A stretch of DNA of 64,000 nt, taken from NCBI GenBank assembly GCA_963799485.1, contig CAWCXJ010000013.1, positions 192,001 to 256,000 on the forward strand, read 5' to 3'. Made by a program: the position numbers and the translations under genes. Origin of the DNA: an uncultured Trueperaceae bacterium (lineage in GTDB: Bacteria; Deinococcota; Deinococci; Deinococcales; Trueperaceae). The notes under the pieces are model-generated. The model ran no database searches and was not told where the DNA came from. It worked only from the letters and a program-made list of their open reading frames with translations. The stretch's first letter is position 1, and the number at the start of each line of letters is the position of its first letter. This document shows positions 38,089 to 48,465 of the stretch, piece after piece.

Positions 38089-39309
38089 CTATCTGAAAAA
38101 CTGTCCGATAAGCTGTGGCAGCGTGAGGTAGTTGCCCAAAGCCCCGCCGATACTCGTCAGGAAGAAGATCAAAAAGATACGCGCGACCTTGTTGCGCCAC
38201 CAGCCGCGCGTTTCGGTGATGTCCTGACGCAACCGGGCAAAGTCGCCCATCTGCGGTTTACGGAGCCACAACTCGGCGGCTCCGGCGATCATCCCGACGC
38301 CCAAAGTCGGGCTGAGTGTCCCGATAGGTGCGCCCAGAAATGTCGCCAGCACGGTAAGTGGGTGCGCCAGCGCAATAATCGCCCCGAGTGCGGCAAGCCC
38401 GCCGTTTAGGAGCAGCCAGCGGGTGACGAGTTGCAGGCCGACTTCCGGGCTTTGGAGAAAGGCCAGGGCGAAGCCGAGGAGAAAAAAAGCAATCAGTCCC
38501 CACGACAAAATCTGACCCCACGGCGCGCCTTTGGGAATCATCGTGAGGCTCGCCAGTTCTTCCGCTGCTGGGACGGTCGGGGGGGTGCCCAGCCTCGAGC
38601 TTAACCCTTTCAGATGCCCCGCCCCGATCACCACCAAGACTTTTTTATACGGTTTTGCAGCGGTTTCTTCACGCAGCCGCGCCGCCATATAGTGGTCACG
38701 CTCTTCTATAAGCGGGGTAAAAAGTTCCCCTTCTTTATCGGAAAATTCAGAGAAAGTCGCTTCTAAAACGTCCCCTTCTTTGAGTTTTTCAATCTCTTCG
38801 GGCGTGACCTCTTCGTGGCTCACGACGCTGCCCATCAGCCCCGCAAGGAGCGTCATGCGTTTCCAAAAGCCGACGTTGGCGTAAACGCGCCGGAGTGTGA
38901 CGCCGATGTCGCGGTCGATTAAAAGAACGGGCAAGCCCAGCTCACCGGCAACCCGGAGGGCGCGCCGCATCTCTTCCCCCGGTTCGATACCGGACTGCTC
39001 GGCTAACCGCTGCTGATAAGCACCCAAAGCCAGGTTCGCCGCCATCATCGCGGCTTTACCTTCACGCAAGACCTGAAACAAGTCGGTTTTGGCCCAGCGG
39101 TCGGGGTCGGACAGGGCGGCGTGACGACCGGGGTCGAGTTCTAGAGCTACCGCGTCGTACTCGCCGGTGCGGAGCAGGCGTTCGACCGCTTCGGCGCTCG
39201 TTCTAGACACGTGCGCGGTGCCGAGCAGCGTAAGTTCGGTGTCGTTGACGGTACTTTCGCGCGTGGGTTGCGTTACCGCCGAGGATACTGCAGGCGCGTC
39301 AGTAGTCAT
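38089..39309 (-). CDS. TraB/GumN (pheromone shutdown) family protein
   Basis: LLGTAHVS, ELD..R, PGEEM, IDRDI, ERDHYMA and GAGHL, with C-terminal TM segments. Confidence 0.9.
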   Translation of the reverse strand: MTTDAPAVSSAVTQPTRESTVNDTELTLLGTAHVSRTSAEAVERLLRTGEYDAVALELDPGRHAALSDPDRWAKTDLFQVLREGKAAMMAANLALGAYQQRLAEQSGIEPGEEMRRALRVAGELGLPVLLIDRDIGVTLRRVYANVGFWKRMTLLAGLMGSVVSHEEVTPEEIEKLKEGDVLEATFSEFSDKEGELFTPLIEERDHYMAARLREETAAKPYKKVLVVIGAGHLKGLSSRLGTPPTVPAAEELASLTMIPKGAPWGQILSWGLIAFFLLGFALAFLQSPEVGLQLVTRWLLLNGGLAALGAIIALAHPLTVLATFLGAPIGTLSPTLGVGMIAGAAELWLRKPQMGDFARLRQDITETRGWWRNKVARIFLIFFLTSIGGALGNYLTLPQLIGQFFR

Positions 39310-39403
39310 CGCTTGACCTATAGGTATTTGGAGAAGTGGAGACAAACACACGTCACTGTACCCGTTCTAAATGAACGCCTGCCTATACCTGCCACAAACG
39401 TCC

Positions 39404-40579
39404 CTAACGCAAAATCTCCGCCGGGTCGAGCCGCCCTGCCCGCCGCGCCGGTAATAGCGCCGCCACGACGCTCGTGCCGAGTGAGAGCGCACACACCCAG
39501 ATAAAGTCCCACGGCTGGAGTTCGACGGGGAGCTGGGTGATGAAGTAGAGGTCGCCGGGGAGCGGATACGGCTGAAACTTGAAGTACAAGCTGAGGCCGA
39601 GGCCCAGAAGTGCACCCAAAACGGTGCCGCCGCCGCCTAAAATCAGTCCTTCGGTCGTAAACACGGCTAAAACTTGCCGCTCGGACGCGCCGATGGCCCG
39701 CAAAATCGCAATCTCTTCGGTTTTTTCGGCGACGGTCAAGATTAAAATATTGGCAATACCCATGGCGGCGACCAGGACGATTAAAAAGACGACCACGCCG
39801 ATGAGCGTTTTTTGCAGCTCGAGCTGCCGTACCAAACCCCCAAAAAGACTCTGCCACGGCGTCGCCCACAAGCCGGTTTCGTTGGCTAAGGTCTGCGCGA
39901 AGGTTTCCGCTGTCTGCGGGTCGGCGAGCCGGACGTGATAGCCGCTGATCTCGCCCTCGGCACCCAAATAATTTTGTAGCGTCGGAATCGACGTGTAAGA
40001 CAACGCACCGTCGATAATCTCGTTGCCGACGCGGAAAGTCCCGGCAACGGGAAAGCTCGTGCGGCTACGGTTGATATCGACCAAAAGCACCGTGTCCCCG
40101 CTGGCGACGCCCAGCTTAAGAGCGAGGCTACTCCCCAGGATGATACCGCCCGCGGAGAGCGCCTCTGCCTGCTGCTCTAAAACCGTCAGGTCTAAAACCT
40201 CTTGTTCCCGATTCGGGTCGATCCCCAAAACCTGCGTGTAGCCTTGTGCGCCGGAAATCCCGGCGGTGGCGTCGGCGCGGCGGGCGATCAAAGCTTGCGC
40301 GGAGAGGTACGGGGCCGCCGCGACGACGCCGGGGAGTTCTTCGATACGTTTTAAGACGGCAGGGTCGTTCGTAAGCGGTGCGTTGTCATAAGCTGCCAGC
40401 GAGATGTGCGGGGTGGCCTCCAAGGTGCTGCTGATCAGCTCGTCGATAAACCCGTTCGTCAGCGACAGCGCCGTAATCAAGACCATCACCCCGACGGCGA
40501 CGCCGAGGAGCGTCAGGCTGCTCTGCAGGGCGCGGCGGCGGATATGACGCAGGGCTAGAAAAAGCACAAAGTGCTTCAT
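39404..40579 (-). CDS. LolC/E (MacB/FtsX-type) ABC permease
   Basis: GVAVGV...NGF, EIAILRAIGA and PARRA..LDPAEILR. Confidence 0.9.
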   Translation of the reverse strand: MKHFVLFLALRHIRRRALQSSLTLLGVAVGVMVLITALSLTNGFIDELISSTLEATPHISLAAYDNAPLTNDPAVLKRIEELPGVVAAAPYLSAQALIARRADATAGISGAQGYTQVLGIDPNREQEVLDLTVLEQQAEALSAGGIILGSSLALKLGVASGDTVLLVDINRSRTSFPVAGTFRVGNEIIDGALSYTSIPTLQNYLGAEGEISGYHVRLADPQTAETFAQTLANETGLWATPWQSLFGGLVRQLELQKTLIGVVVFLIVLVAAMGIANILILTVAEKTEEIAILRAIGASERQVLAVFTTEGLILGGGGTVLGALLGLGLSLYFKFQPYPLPGDLYFITQLPVELQPWDFIWVCALSLGTSVVAALLPARRAGRLDPAEILR

Positions 40580-41667
40580 TGCGACCTTAAGTACGTCGCT
40601 ACGTCGCGGTTGTGGTCTTCCAACGTCAGATTGGGCCGAAACTCGCCGCCGGGCGCATGCAAAAAGTAGAGGTAGGGTTTACCCGCCGTATCGGTGCGCT
40701 CTGCCCGAAAGACGACCGAAAGCGCGCGCGCACCGGGGTTGCCGATAGGGGTCGGCGGAAGACCTGCACGGGTGTAGGTGTTCCACGGCGTGTCCTGCTT
40801 TAAGTCTCCGGCTACGGCGTCAAGCTCAGGGAGGCGCTTGCCGAGGCCATAGGCGACGGTCGGATCGGACTGGAGCCGCATCCCCCGGTCGAGACGGTTC
40901 AAAAACACCCCGGCGATAATCGGCATCTCGGTGTAAGAACCCGCTTCGGCCTGTACCAGGCTGGCGAGTGTGACCCATTCGTGAACGCTCAAGCCCAGCG
41001 TTTGTAGATTCTGCCGCACCGCAGGGGTCAGTTCGCGTTCAAAGCGGCGGAGCATCAGGGTCACGGCTTCTTGCGGCGTGGTAGCGACCGGAAAATCATA
41101 GCGAGCCGGGAAGAGGTAGCCCTCGAGCCCCACCCCCGGCGGAACAAACGCAGGCCGTAAGCTGCCGGGCCTTCTGACGAGCGGCGCAATATCCAGGCCC
41201 AACTCAGTGCGAAGGCGACTGATAATCTGGGTGGTTCGAAACCCTTCAGGAATAACGACCGACACGACTCTGGGTTGACCCCCACGCGCGAGCCGTTCGG
41301 CGAGTTGCGGCACGCTCAAACTCGGGCTGAGGGTATAAAGCCCTTCACCGACACTGCGGTCGAGGTCTCTAAGTTGCAAGTAAAGGCTGAACACGCGGGC
41401 ACTCCTGACAAGACCGGCGTCCTCCAACGCCCCGGCGACCTGCGCCGCGCCCCAGCCCGGCGCGACCTCGAACTCTCGCGCTACGGCTTGCACAGTGCCC
41501 GCTTCGGCAACGGGTCCGAGTTGCCGCTGCACCCACAGGGCGCCGAACGCCAGCAAGCTGACGACCAGCAGCGCTCCCACCAGCCCCCAGCGCATCCACA
41601 GGGGCAGGGCTGAACGCTTCGGTTCAGGCAAAGCAGTTTCGCTCACGCGTTCTACTTTACCCTGCAA
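40576..41667 (-). CDS. mltG: Endolytic transglycosylase MltG (YceG); start uncertain
   Basis: N-terminal TM, IPEG, LEGYLFP, LASLVQAE, LQSDPT and WNTY..GLPPTPI.NPG. Confidence 0.93.
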   Translation of the reverse strand: MQGKVERVSETALPEPKRSALPLWMRWGLVGALLVVSLLAFGALWVQRQLGPVAEAGTVQAVAREFEVAPGWGAAQVAGALEDAGLVRSARVFSLYLQLRDLDRSVGEGLYTLSPSLSVPQLAERLARGGQPRVVSVVIPEGFRTTQIISRLRTELGLDIAPLVRRPGSLRPAFVPPGVGLEGYLFPARYDFPVATTPQEAVTLMLRRFERELTPAVRQNLQTLGLSVHEWVTLASLVQAEAGSYTEMPIIAGVFLNRLDRGMRLQSDPTVAYGLGKRLPELDAVAGDLKQDTPWNTYTRAGLPPTPIGNPGARALSVVFRAERTDTAGKPYLYFLHAPGGEFRPNLTLEDHNRDVATYLRSQ

Positions 41668-41709
41668 GCAGCACAGAAAGGTGCCGTCCAGCTCATAAAA
41701 GACGGTGTG

Positions 41710-42129
41710 CTACGCATGTTTTGCCAGATGGCTCTCTAAAATCAGCACGGCGGCCCGCTCATCCAGAAGCCCCTTTTCTTGCCGCCGCTTCTTTTTCATA
41801 CCGCTTTTGACCAGCCCTTGAGACGCCAGTTTGGTCGTTAGCCGCTCGTCTTCAAAAACGACGGTAAGCCCTGCCCGTTCGAGTTCTGCCGCAAAGCGCC
41901 TCACCTTTTCCGTTTGCGGCGAGTCGCCCCCTCGTAACCGGCTCGGCAAACCCACAACGACGCGCGTCGCCCCTTCCGCCTCGGCGTGTGAACGTACCGC
42001 CGCGACGTCCAAAGAAAGCTTCTGCCGCACGATATACCCGCGCCCGAAGGCAAAGGGCGAGCCGGTTTTACCGACGGCCACGCCGATACGCGCTTCGCCC
42101 ACGTCGAGCGCAAGGACGACTTCAGCCAC
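41710..42129 (-). CDS. ruvX: YqgF/RuvX nuclease
   Basis: LALDVG..RIGVA, VVGLP, DERLTT and D..AAVLIL. Confidence 0.92.
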   Translation of the reverse strand: MAEVVLALDVGEARIGVAVGKTGSPFAFGRGYIVRQKLSLDVAAVRSHAEAEGATRVVVGLPSRLRGGDSPQTEKVRRFAAELERAGLTVVFEDERLTTKLASQGLVKSGMKKKRRQEKGLLDERAAVLILESHLAKHA

Positions 42130-42862
42130 GCATAGCCCCCAATCCCCGCTGCACATCGTCCGGCTGAGGTTCCGGGTAACGTCGGGGCGTGCTAAGCAGC
42201 GCTTGTCTAAAGGCGTTCAGGTCGTCAGGTAAGCCCAGCTCTGCTATGGCGGGACGCTGTTGCAAACGCCGTAAACGCTCTGTGCCGAGTTTTCCCAGCG
42301 GCGGCAACCAAAATCCGGGCAGTTCTCTGAGCCCGCGCCAGGCTCGGACTTGGCTCGCCGCTAGACGCGCGTATGAAGGAGTTGTTTCTAGGTGTGCAAG
42401 CAATTTTCGGTGCCGCGCCGAACGTGCTTTGACGATGGGCTCTACTGCAATAAATTCACCTTTTAAGCCCGCTAAATCAGCCAAGTATTCGGTACGCGGC
42501 CCGTGCAGCTGCAACGCCAGAAAGCCGAGCCGGTCTTCTGAACGCCCTTCGGCGTCGAGCAAGTTTGCGCTCAGGACGAGGTTGTCTATGGTATCGGCAG
42601 CTTGGGTCTCGAGCGCAATTTGCCCCGGCATAACTTGAAAGCTGCGCTCGAGGTATGAGGCCATCAGCTCAGCTTCAGAAGGCAAAGCTGCGCCTCCCGT
42701 TTGACCGCCGGTGATAAGTAGCCGCTTCGTTTTGCCCTGCTCGAGCAGCGTTCCGGCAGCCAAAGCCGACAAACGGGCGTAGACGTTGAGCTTCCCGCCC
42801 ACTTCGACCGGCCCGTAACCAAAGACGATGAGCGTATCTAAAGCCACAGGGTCTAAAGCCAC
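42122..42862 (-). CDS. YdcF/ElyC (DUF218) family protein
   Basis: IVFG, TGG, SEAELM and LETQA.DT.DN. Confidence 0.75.
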   Translation of the reverse strand: MALDPVALDTLIVFGYGPVEVGGKLNVYARLSALAAGTLLEQGKTKRLLITGGQTGGAALPSEAELMASYLERSFQVMPGQIALETQAADTIDNLVLSANLLDAEGRSEDRLGFLALQLHGPRTEYLADLAGLKGEFIAVEPIVKARSARHRKLLAHLETTPSYARLAASQVRAWRGLRELPGFWLPPLGKLGTERLRRLQQRPAIAELGLPDDLNAFRQALLSTPRRYPEPQPDDVQRGLGAMRG

Positions 42863-43704
42863 GCTTCGACGACCTCCGCCACCCCGTCCGCGTCGGCGTC
42901 ACCGGCGACCCAGTCGGCTAACGTTTGCACGCTCTCGTCGGCGTTGCCCATCGCCACCCCGAATCCGGCCCAGACGAGCATCTCCCGGTCGTTGTGCTGG
43001 TCGCCAAAGGCCGCTACGTCTTCCGCCGTAAAACCCAGGTCGGCGGCAACTTGCTTCAAGGCGGTGCGTTTATTGACCTCCGGCCCGACGATTTCAAGCA
43101 GCCCCGGCATACTCCAGGTGCCGTGCAGCGGCAGCTCACTGAGTGAAGCGTAAAGCGTTTCAGGACTCTCGCCCTCGTGCCAGAAGAGGAGCTTCGTCAC
43201 TTCGTCTTGGACAAAGTCCAGGGCGTCGCCTACGCCGTCCGGCTCAGGTTCATAGGGGACATTGCCCTGCCGGGTAAGTTCACGCCGAGTGAGGTCGTAA
43301 CGCGCGGTATCGACGAACCAGCCGTAGGCGGTCTCGAGCCCACACGTCACCCCCGGATGCTCGGCCCGCATCTTCAAAACAGCCTGCCGCGCCACCTCAC
43401 CCGGAAAATCGAAGCGCATCAGCGCCCGGTCTTCAGCGAAGTTGTAAACAGCCCCGCCGTTGTAGACGATGCCGAGGTCGACAAGGCCCAACTGTTCGGC
43501 AAAGGCTTTGGCAGTACGCGGCGGCCTGCCGGTACAAAGCACAACCCTTACGCCGTTATTGACTAATCCGGCAACGGCGTCCAGGTTACGTGCGCTGATG
43601 GTCTTGTCGCGCCGTAAAAGTGTCCCGTCGAGGTCGAAGGCGACGAGTTTGGGCTGAAACTCGCTGGGCTTTAAGGCAGGACGCCGTAAACTAGGACGTG
43701 GCAA
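42853..43704 (-). CDS. Cof-type HAD-IIB hydrolase
   Basis: DLDGTLL, TGR, NGG, FGDQHND and AMGNA. Confidence 0.93.
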   Translation of the reverse strand: MPRPSLRRPALKPSEFQPKLVAFDLDGTLLRRDKTISARNLDAVAGLVNNGVRVVLCTGRPPRTAKAFAEQLGLVDLGIVYNGGAVYNFAEDRALMRFDFPGEVARQAVLKMRAEHPGVTCGLETAYGWFVDTARYDLTRRELTRQGNVPYEPEPDGVGDALDFVQDEVTKLLFWHEGESPETLYASLSELPLHGTWSMPGLLEIVGPEVNKRTALKQVAADLGFTAEDVAAFGDQHNDREMLVWAGFGVAMGNADESVQTLADWVAGDADADGVAEVVEAWL

Positions 43705-46378
43705 GGATGTCCGGCACGGCGGCGAGGGCCGCGTCTAAACGGCTCAGGTCTTTGACGCCGGCCTGCGCCAGATTGGGCCGCCCGCCGCCGCCGCCGCCCG
43801 CGCGTTTGGCGATTTCACCGACCAGTTTTCCGGCGTGGGCACCCCGCGTTTCAGCATCTTTGCTGATTTTGGTGACGATGAGCGGGCCGCTGGCTAACAC
43901 TACGATGTCCGCGCCGGAGCGCTCGAGCAACCCGTCCGCCGCGTTCCTGAGCGCCCCCGCGTCGAGGCCGTCCAGTTTTACGGTGCTGTAGCGATACCCG
44001 CCCGCCTCCTTGATTTCGCTCCTAGTCCCGCCCTGCGTTTGCGCCGCTGCAAGTTTGTCGCGGAGCCCCGCGTTATCGCGTTCTCTCGCCCGGAGGTCGC
44101 CCTGCAACCGCTCGATACGGCCCGTAACCTCTTCGGGTTTGACGCCCAGAGCTTTCGAGGTCGCGGTGACACCTTCGCGTAACCCTCGCAGATATGACAA
44201 TGCCGCTTCGCCGACGAGCGCTTCGATCCGCCGTACCCCTGCCGAGACCGCCTCTTCCGCCGTAATTAAAAAGACCCCTAATGTGCCCGAGCGCGAGACG
44301 TGGGTGCCGCCGCAGAGCTCGAGCGACACCCCTCTCTCTTCACCTTCAGGCATGACGCTTACCATTCGCACCCGGTCGCCGTACTTCTCCCCGAAAAGCA
44401 TCATCGCCCCGGCCTGCCGCGCCCCGGCTAACGTGACCTCCTGCCACGACACCCGCAAATCGCTCTGCACCCAGCGGTTCACGAGCGCTTCAATCCGCGC
44501 TGTTTCGTCCCCGGTCAACGACTTAGGGTGTGAAAAGTCGAACCTGAGCCGGTCGGGCGCGACCAAAGACCCGGCCTGCGCCACGTGTGTTCCGAGAACG
44601 CTCCGCAGGGCCGCGTGCAAAAGGTGCGTTGCGGTGTGATGTTTTTCGGTCTCGCTCCGGCTCGGGTCTACGGCGGCGCGCACCGTCATCCCTTCAGAGA
44701 GCGTGCCCCGTAAAACTCTCGCTTGATGAACGAACACGCCGCCCTTGGTTTTCGTTGTGGCACTAACAACAGCTTTGCCGTGGGTCTCGTTGTGGTGCCA
44801 CTCTAAAACGCCCGCATCGCCAATCTGCCCGCCGCCTTCGGCGTAAAAAGGCGTGGTGTCTAACACGACCTGCACGGTGTCGCCTTCGCGCACCTCGCCT
44901 CGTTCCGTGCCGTCTTGCACGAGTGCCAAAACCTTCGCCGAAGCGTCCCGTGCGGTGTAGCCGGTAAAGACCGTCGGGCCGTGCGCCTCGGCAAGCTGCC
45001 CGAACACGTCTTGCGCCGTAAACAGCGCGCCGCCCTCACGTGAGGCTCTCGAGGTCTCCCTCGCCCCTTCTCTTGCCGCTTCATACCCGGCCCGGTCAAC
45101 CGTAACACCGCGCTCCTCCGCCATTTCTTCGGTGAGCGAGAGCGGAAAACCGTAAGTCTGCCAGAGGTCGAAGGCCACGTCGCCGGGGAGTTCGGTGCCG
45201 CTGAGCTCATCCAAAAGCTGCGATACCCGATTGACACCGCTTTCCAGCGTCCGTAAAAACTGCGTCTCTTCCGCCTCTAAAATGCCTTCGATTCTTGCTT
45301 GTGCATCTTTGACTTCCGGGTACGCCTCGCCCATCGCCTCCACCACGCCCGGAACGAGTTTGTGCAACACCGGTTCACGCAGACCCAGCACATACGCCTG
45401 CCGACTCGCCCGCCGGATGAGCATTTTAATCACGTACCCTGCGCCGTCGTTGGCGGGCAAAATGCCGTCGGTGATGCACATGCTGACCGAGCGCACGTGG
45501 TCGGCGATGATGCGGTGCTGAACACTTTCTAGGTCTTCGTAAGGGACGCCGGAAAGTTCAGAAAGACGGCGGATGACGGGCTGAAAAAGCTCGGTGCCGT
45601 AAGCGTCTCTGGCTCCGGAGATGACGGTGGCGAAACGCTCCAAACCCCCGCCCGTATCAATGTTTTTTTGCGGTAACGGGGTTAGGGTGCCCTGCTCGAG
45701 GTTGTACTGCGTAAACACCAGGTTCCAAATCTCGATGTAACGGTCGCCGGAACCGGTATTCGGGCCGGTCTCGTCCGCTGAGCCGTACTCCGGGCCCCGG
45801 TCGTAAAAGATTTCCGAACACGGGCCGCACGGCCCCGAACGCTCGTCGGAAATGGCGTTCGCGGGCCAGAAGTTTTCACCTTCGCCCCAGCGCGAGAGCC
45901 GCGCTTCGGGGATGCCGACTTCATCGCGCCAGATGGCGTAAGCCTCGTCGTCGTCGGTAAAAACGGTGGCGTAAAGTTTTTCGGCTTCTAATCCCAACCA
46001 CTCTTCTGACGTCAAAAACTCCCACGCCCAGGTAATCGCCTCGTGCTTAAAGTAGTCGCCAAACGAAAAGTTGCCGAGCATCTCAAAAAAGGTGTGGTGC
46101 CGCCGGGTACGCCCGACGTTCTCGATGTCCGAGTCTTTACCGCCCGCCCGCATACACTTTTGCGAAGTCGTGACGCGGGGCCAGACGCCCTCGACACCGG
46201 GAAAGCGGGGTATTGCACCCTGAAAATACGGTTTGAACTGCTGCATCCCCGCGACGTTAAACATCAGACCGGGATCGTCGCTTTTAAGGGACGCGGACGG
46301 GTAGACGAGGTGCTGTTTGCTTTTGAAAAACTCGAGGTACAACCTTCTCAAGTCGTTGACTGTTAGTTGGTTCTGCAC
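43691..46378 (-). CDS. alaS: Alanine-tRNA ligase
   Basis: AGMQQFK, HHTFFEMLGNFSFGDYFK, HTATHLL, ELCGGTH and GGGGG. GTG at 46378 follows GGAGG. Confidence 0.98.
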   Translation of the reverse strand: MQNQLTVNDLRRLYLEFFKSKQHLVYPSASLKSDDPGLMFNVAGMQQFKPYFQGAIPRFPGVEGVWPRVTTSQKCMRAGGKDSDIENVGRTRRHHTFFEMLGNFSFGDYFKHEAITWAWEFLTSEEWLGLEAEKLYATVFTDDDEAYAIWRDEVGIPEARLSRWGEGENFWPANAISDERSGPCGPCSEIFYDRGPEYGSADETGPNTGSGDRYIEIWNLVFTQYNLEQGTLTPLPQKNIDTGGGLERFATVISGARDAYGTELFQPVIRRLSELSGVPYEDLESVQHRIIADHVRSVSMCITDGILPANDGAGYVIKMLIRRASRQAYVLGLREPVLHKLVPGVVEAMGEAYPEVKDAQARIEGILEAEETQFLRTLESGVNRVSQLLDELSGTELPGDVAFDLWQTYGFPLSLTEEMAEERGVTVDRAGYEAAREGARETSRASREGGALFTAQDVFGQLAEAHGPTVFTGYTARDASAKVLALVQDGTERGEVREGDTVQVVLDTTPFYAEGGGQIGDAGVLEWHHNETHGKAVVSATTKTKGGVFVHQARVLRGTLSEGMTVRAAVDPSRSETEKHHTATHLLHAALRSVLGTHVAQAGSLVAPDRLRFDFSHPKSLTGDETARIEALVNRWVQSDLRVSWQEVTLAGARQAGAMMLFGEKYGDRVRMVSVMPEGEERGVSLELCGGTHVSRSGTLGVFLITAEEAVSAGVRRIEALVGEAALSYLRGLREGVTATSKALGVKPEEVTGRIERLQGDLRARERDNAGLRDKLAAAQTQGGTRSEIKEAGGYRYSTVKLDGLDAGALRNAADGLLERSGADIVVLASGPLIVTKISKDAETRGAHAGKLVGEIAKRAGGGGGGRPNLAQAGVKDLSRLDAALAAVPDILATS

Positions 46379-46498
46379 GGTGGCCTCCACTACCAGCATT
46401 ATATTGGACAAGTTGACAAGCTGAATGTTTGCGTTAGATAACCCCGTAAAACCGCGCCTTGGCCGTCTTTTTTGCTGTGTTGCTGCGTAAGCTGAGAG

Positions 46499-46966
46499 AT
46501 GGACTATATTCGTTATCTGCGCAGCATGGTCGGTCCAAAACCCGTCATTATGATGACGGCGGGCGTCGTGATCTTTAATTCTGACGGTGAACTGCTGTTG
46601 CAGCACCGGGCTGATGGCAACGGCTGGGGTCTGATTGGCGGGTTTATGGAGTTGGGTGAAACGGTCGAGGAGACAGCTAGGCGTGAAGTGCTTGAAGAAA
46701 CAGGGTTGACGCTGGGAAGGCTCGAGCTGTTGGGGGTGTTCTCGTCAGCAGAATTGCTAACTGCTCCTGGTGGCGACGTGCTTCAAATTGTCCATATCGC
46801 TTATGTAACTGATGAGGTCGGCGGGACGTTGCAAGCTGACGAGGAAGGGCTCGAGCTTCGCTACTTTCCGCTAGACGCGTTGCCGAAAAACCTGTTTGCG
46901 CCGAGCGCTGAGCTTTTTACGGCAGTGCGGCAGAGGTTTGGCAAAGACGCTCGCAGTATCCGGTAA
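46499..46966 (+). CDS. Nudix hydrolase
   Basis: Nudix box GFMELGETVEETARREVLEETGL. Confidence 0.93.
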   Translation: MDYIRYLRSMVGPKPVIMMTAGVVIFNSDGELLLQHRADGNGWGLIGGFMELGETVEETARREVLEETGLTLGRLELLGVFSSAELLTAPGGDVLQIVHIAYVTDEVGGTLQADEEGLELRYFPLDALPKNLFAPSAELFTAVRQRFGKDARSIR

Positions 46967-47007
46967 AAAGGCCGAAAACCGACCTCTTCCGGGTATAGTC
47001 ACCCTCT

Positions 47008-48369
47008 ATGGACGCGGCTTCTACCGTAAAACCTACCCTGGGGCTCGAGGTTCGCCGCACCCTCACGCTGGCCCTGCCTTTAATCCTGGCGCAACTCGCA
47101 CAGATGTCGGCGTCGTTTGTAGACACGCTGATGGTCGGGCGTTTGGGCAACACGCAGCTTGCCGGAATCGCGCTCGGCGGCAGCATCTTCTTTTTGACTT
47201 TCCTGGTATGCGGCGGCGTTCTCTTTTCGGTCGGCCCGACGGTCTCGCAAGCGTTCGGTGCCGGGGAGACGAAAGAAGCAGGCAAGGCCGCGCAGCAGGG
47301 CTTTTTTTTGGCGCTCTTCTTAAGCGTTCCGGCGCTCGTTTTGTTCTCGCAGATAGGCCGCATCTTGCCGCTGTTAGGTCAAGCACCTGAAACGGTGCGA
47401 CTGGCAACAGGCTACGTGCAGGCCATTGCCTGGGGTTTCGTCCCGGCGCTCTTGACAATCGGTTTACGGGGGCTTTTGGAGGGGATTTCAAACCCGCGTC
47501 CGGTGATGGTCGTCGCCTTTTTAGCCGTCGGCTTTAACGCGCTCATGAACTACCTGCTGATGTTCGGCAAGTTAGGGTTTCCGGCGCTCGGCTTGGTCGG
47601 AACGGGGTACGCGAGTGCGCTCTCGTTCTGGTTTAGCTTGGGGCTGCTGGTGCTCTACAGCGTCCGCACCTTGCCGCAGTTCGAGGTGTTTCGCTTTCGC
47701 GGTGTAGACGCTCGCGTCCTCCTCGACCTCATCCGCATCGGTGTGCCTATCGGCCTTACGCTGGGTTTTGAAGCCGGTCTCTTTTCGGCGACCGCTATCT
47801 TGATGGGAACGCTCGGTACGGTGCCCTTGGCGGCGCATCAAATCGCCATTCAGAGCGCGAGTTTTACCTTTATGGTGCCGCTCGGTCTGGCGTCGGCGAC
47901 CGCCGTTAGAGTCGGGCAGGCGGTCGGGCGGCGCGACCCCGGCGGGGTGCAGCGGGCGGGTTGGGTCGGTATCGGGCTGAGTGCCGGGGTGATGCTGATG
48001 AGCGCCCTGACCTTCTGGCTTATCCCGGAACGTGTGGTCGCGCTTTACTTAGATACGAGCGACCCTGCAAATGCTGCGGTTATCCGCACAGCAGTACGCT
48101 TTTTCGCGTTTGCCGCGCTTTTTCAGGTTTTCGACGGGCTGCAGGTGAGCGCGGCGGGGGCGCTGCGTGGGCTTAAGGACACGCGCGCCCCGATGCTGAT
48201 TTCGCTTACTTCATACTGGGGCGTCGGGCTGAGTTCGGGAGCGCTCTTTGCTTTTGTTTTGGGACTTGGCGGGCGAGGTTTGTGGTTGGGGTTGGTGCTC
48301 GGTCTCGTTACGGCGGCGTTTCTCTTGGTCGGACGGTTCCGGCGGCTTCAGCTCGAGACGACTCGTTAG
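47008..48369 (+). CDS. MATE efflux transporter (NorM-like)
   Basis: FVDTLMVG, LAAHQIA, FQVFDGLQ and GALRGLKDT. Confidence 0.93.
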   Translation: MDAASTVKPTLGLEVRRTLTLALPLILAQLAQMSASFVDTLMVGRLGNTQLAGIALGGSIFFLTFLVCGGVLFSVGPTVSQAFGAGETKEAGKAAQQGFFLALFLSVPALVLFSQIGRILPLLGQAPETVRLATGYVQAIAWGFVPALLTIGLRGLLEGISNPRPVMVVAFLAVGFNALMNYLLMFGKLGFPALGLVGTGYASALSFWFSLGLLVLYSVRTLPQFEVFRFRGVDARVLLDLIRIGVPIGLTLGFEAGLFSATAILMGTLGTVPLAAHQIAIQSASFTFMVPLGLASATAVRVGQAVGRRDPGGVQRAGWVGIGLSAGVMLMSALTFWLIPERVVALYLDTSDPANAAVIRTAVRFFAFAALFQVFDGLQVSAAGALRGLKDTRAPMLISLTSYWGVGLSSGALFAFVLGLGGRGLWLGLVLGLVTAAFLLVGRFRRLQLETTR

Positions 48370-48465
48370 CGTCTGGTTTATCGAGCCGTGGTTTATTAAA
48401 GCTCGGTGAAGTTCGGACTGCTTTACACGCTCACGTAGCGTGCTAGAGTTTTTACGGGGGTGTTC

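Noticed and set aside
46379..46606. 76-aa N-terminal extension of AlaS, or a T-box leader
   Set aside because: The RBS supports a start at 46378, the extension overlaps the divergent Nudix gene, and no T-box consensus was seen.
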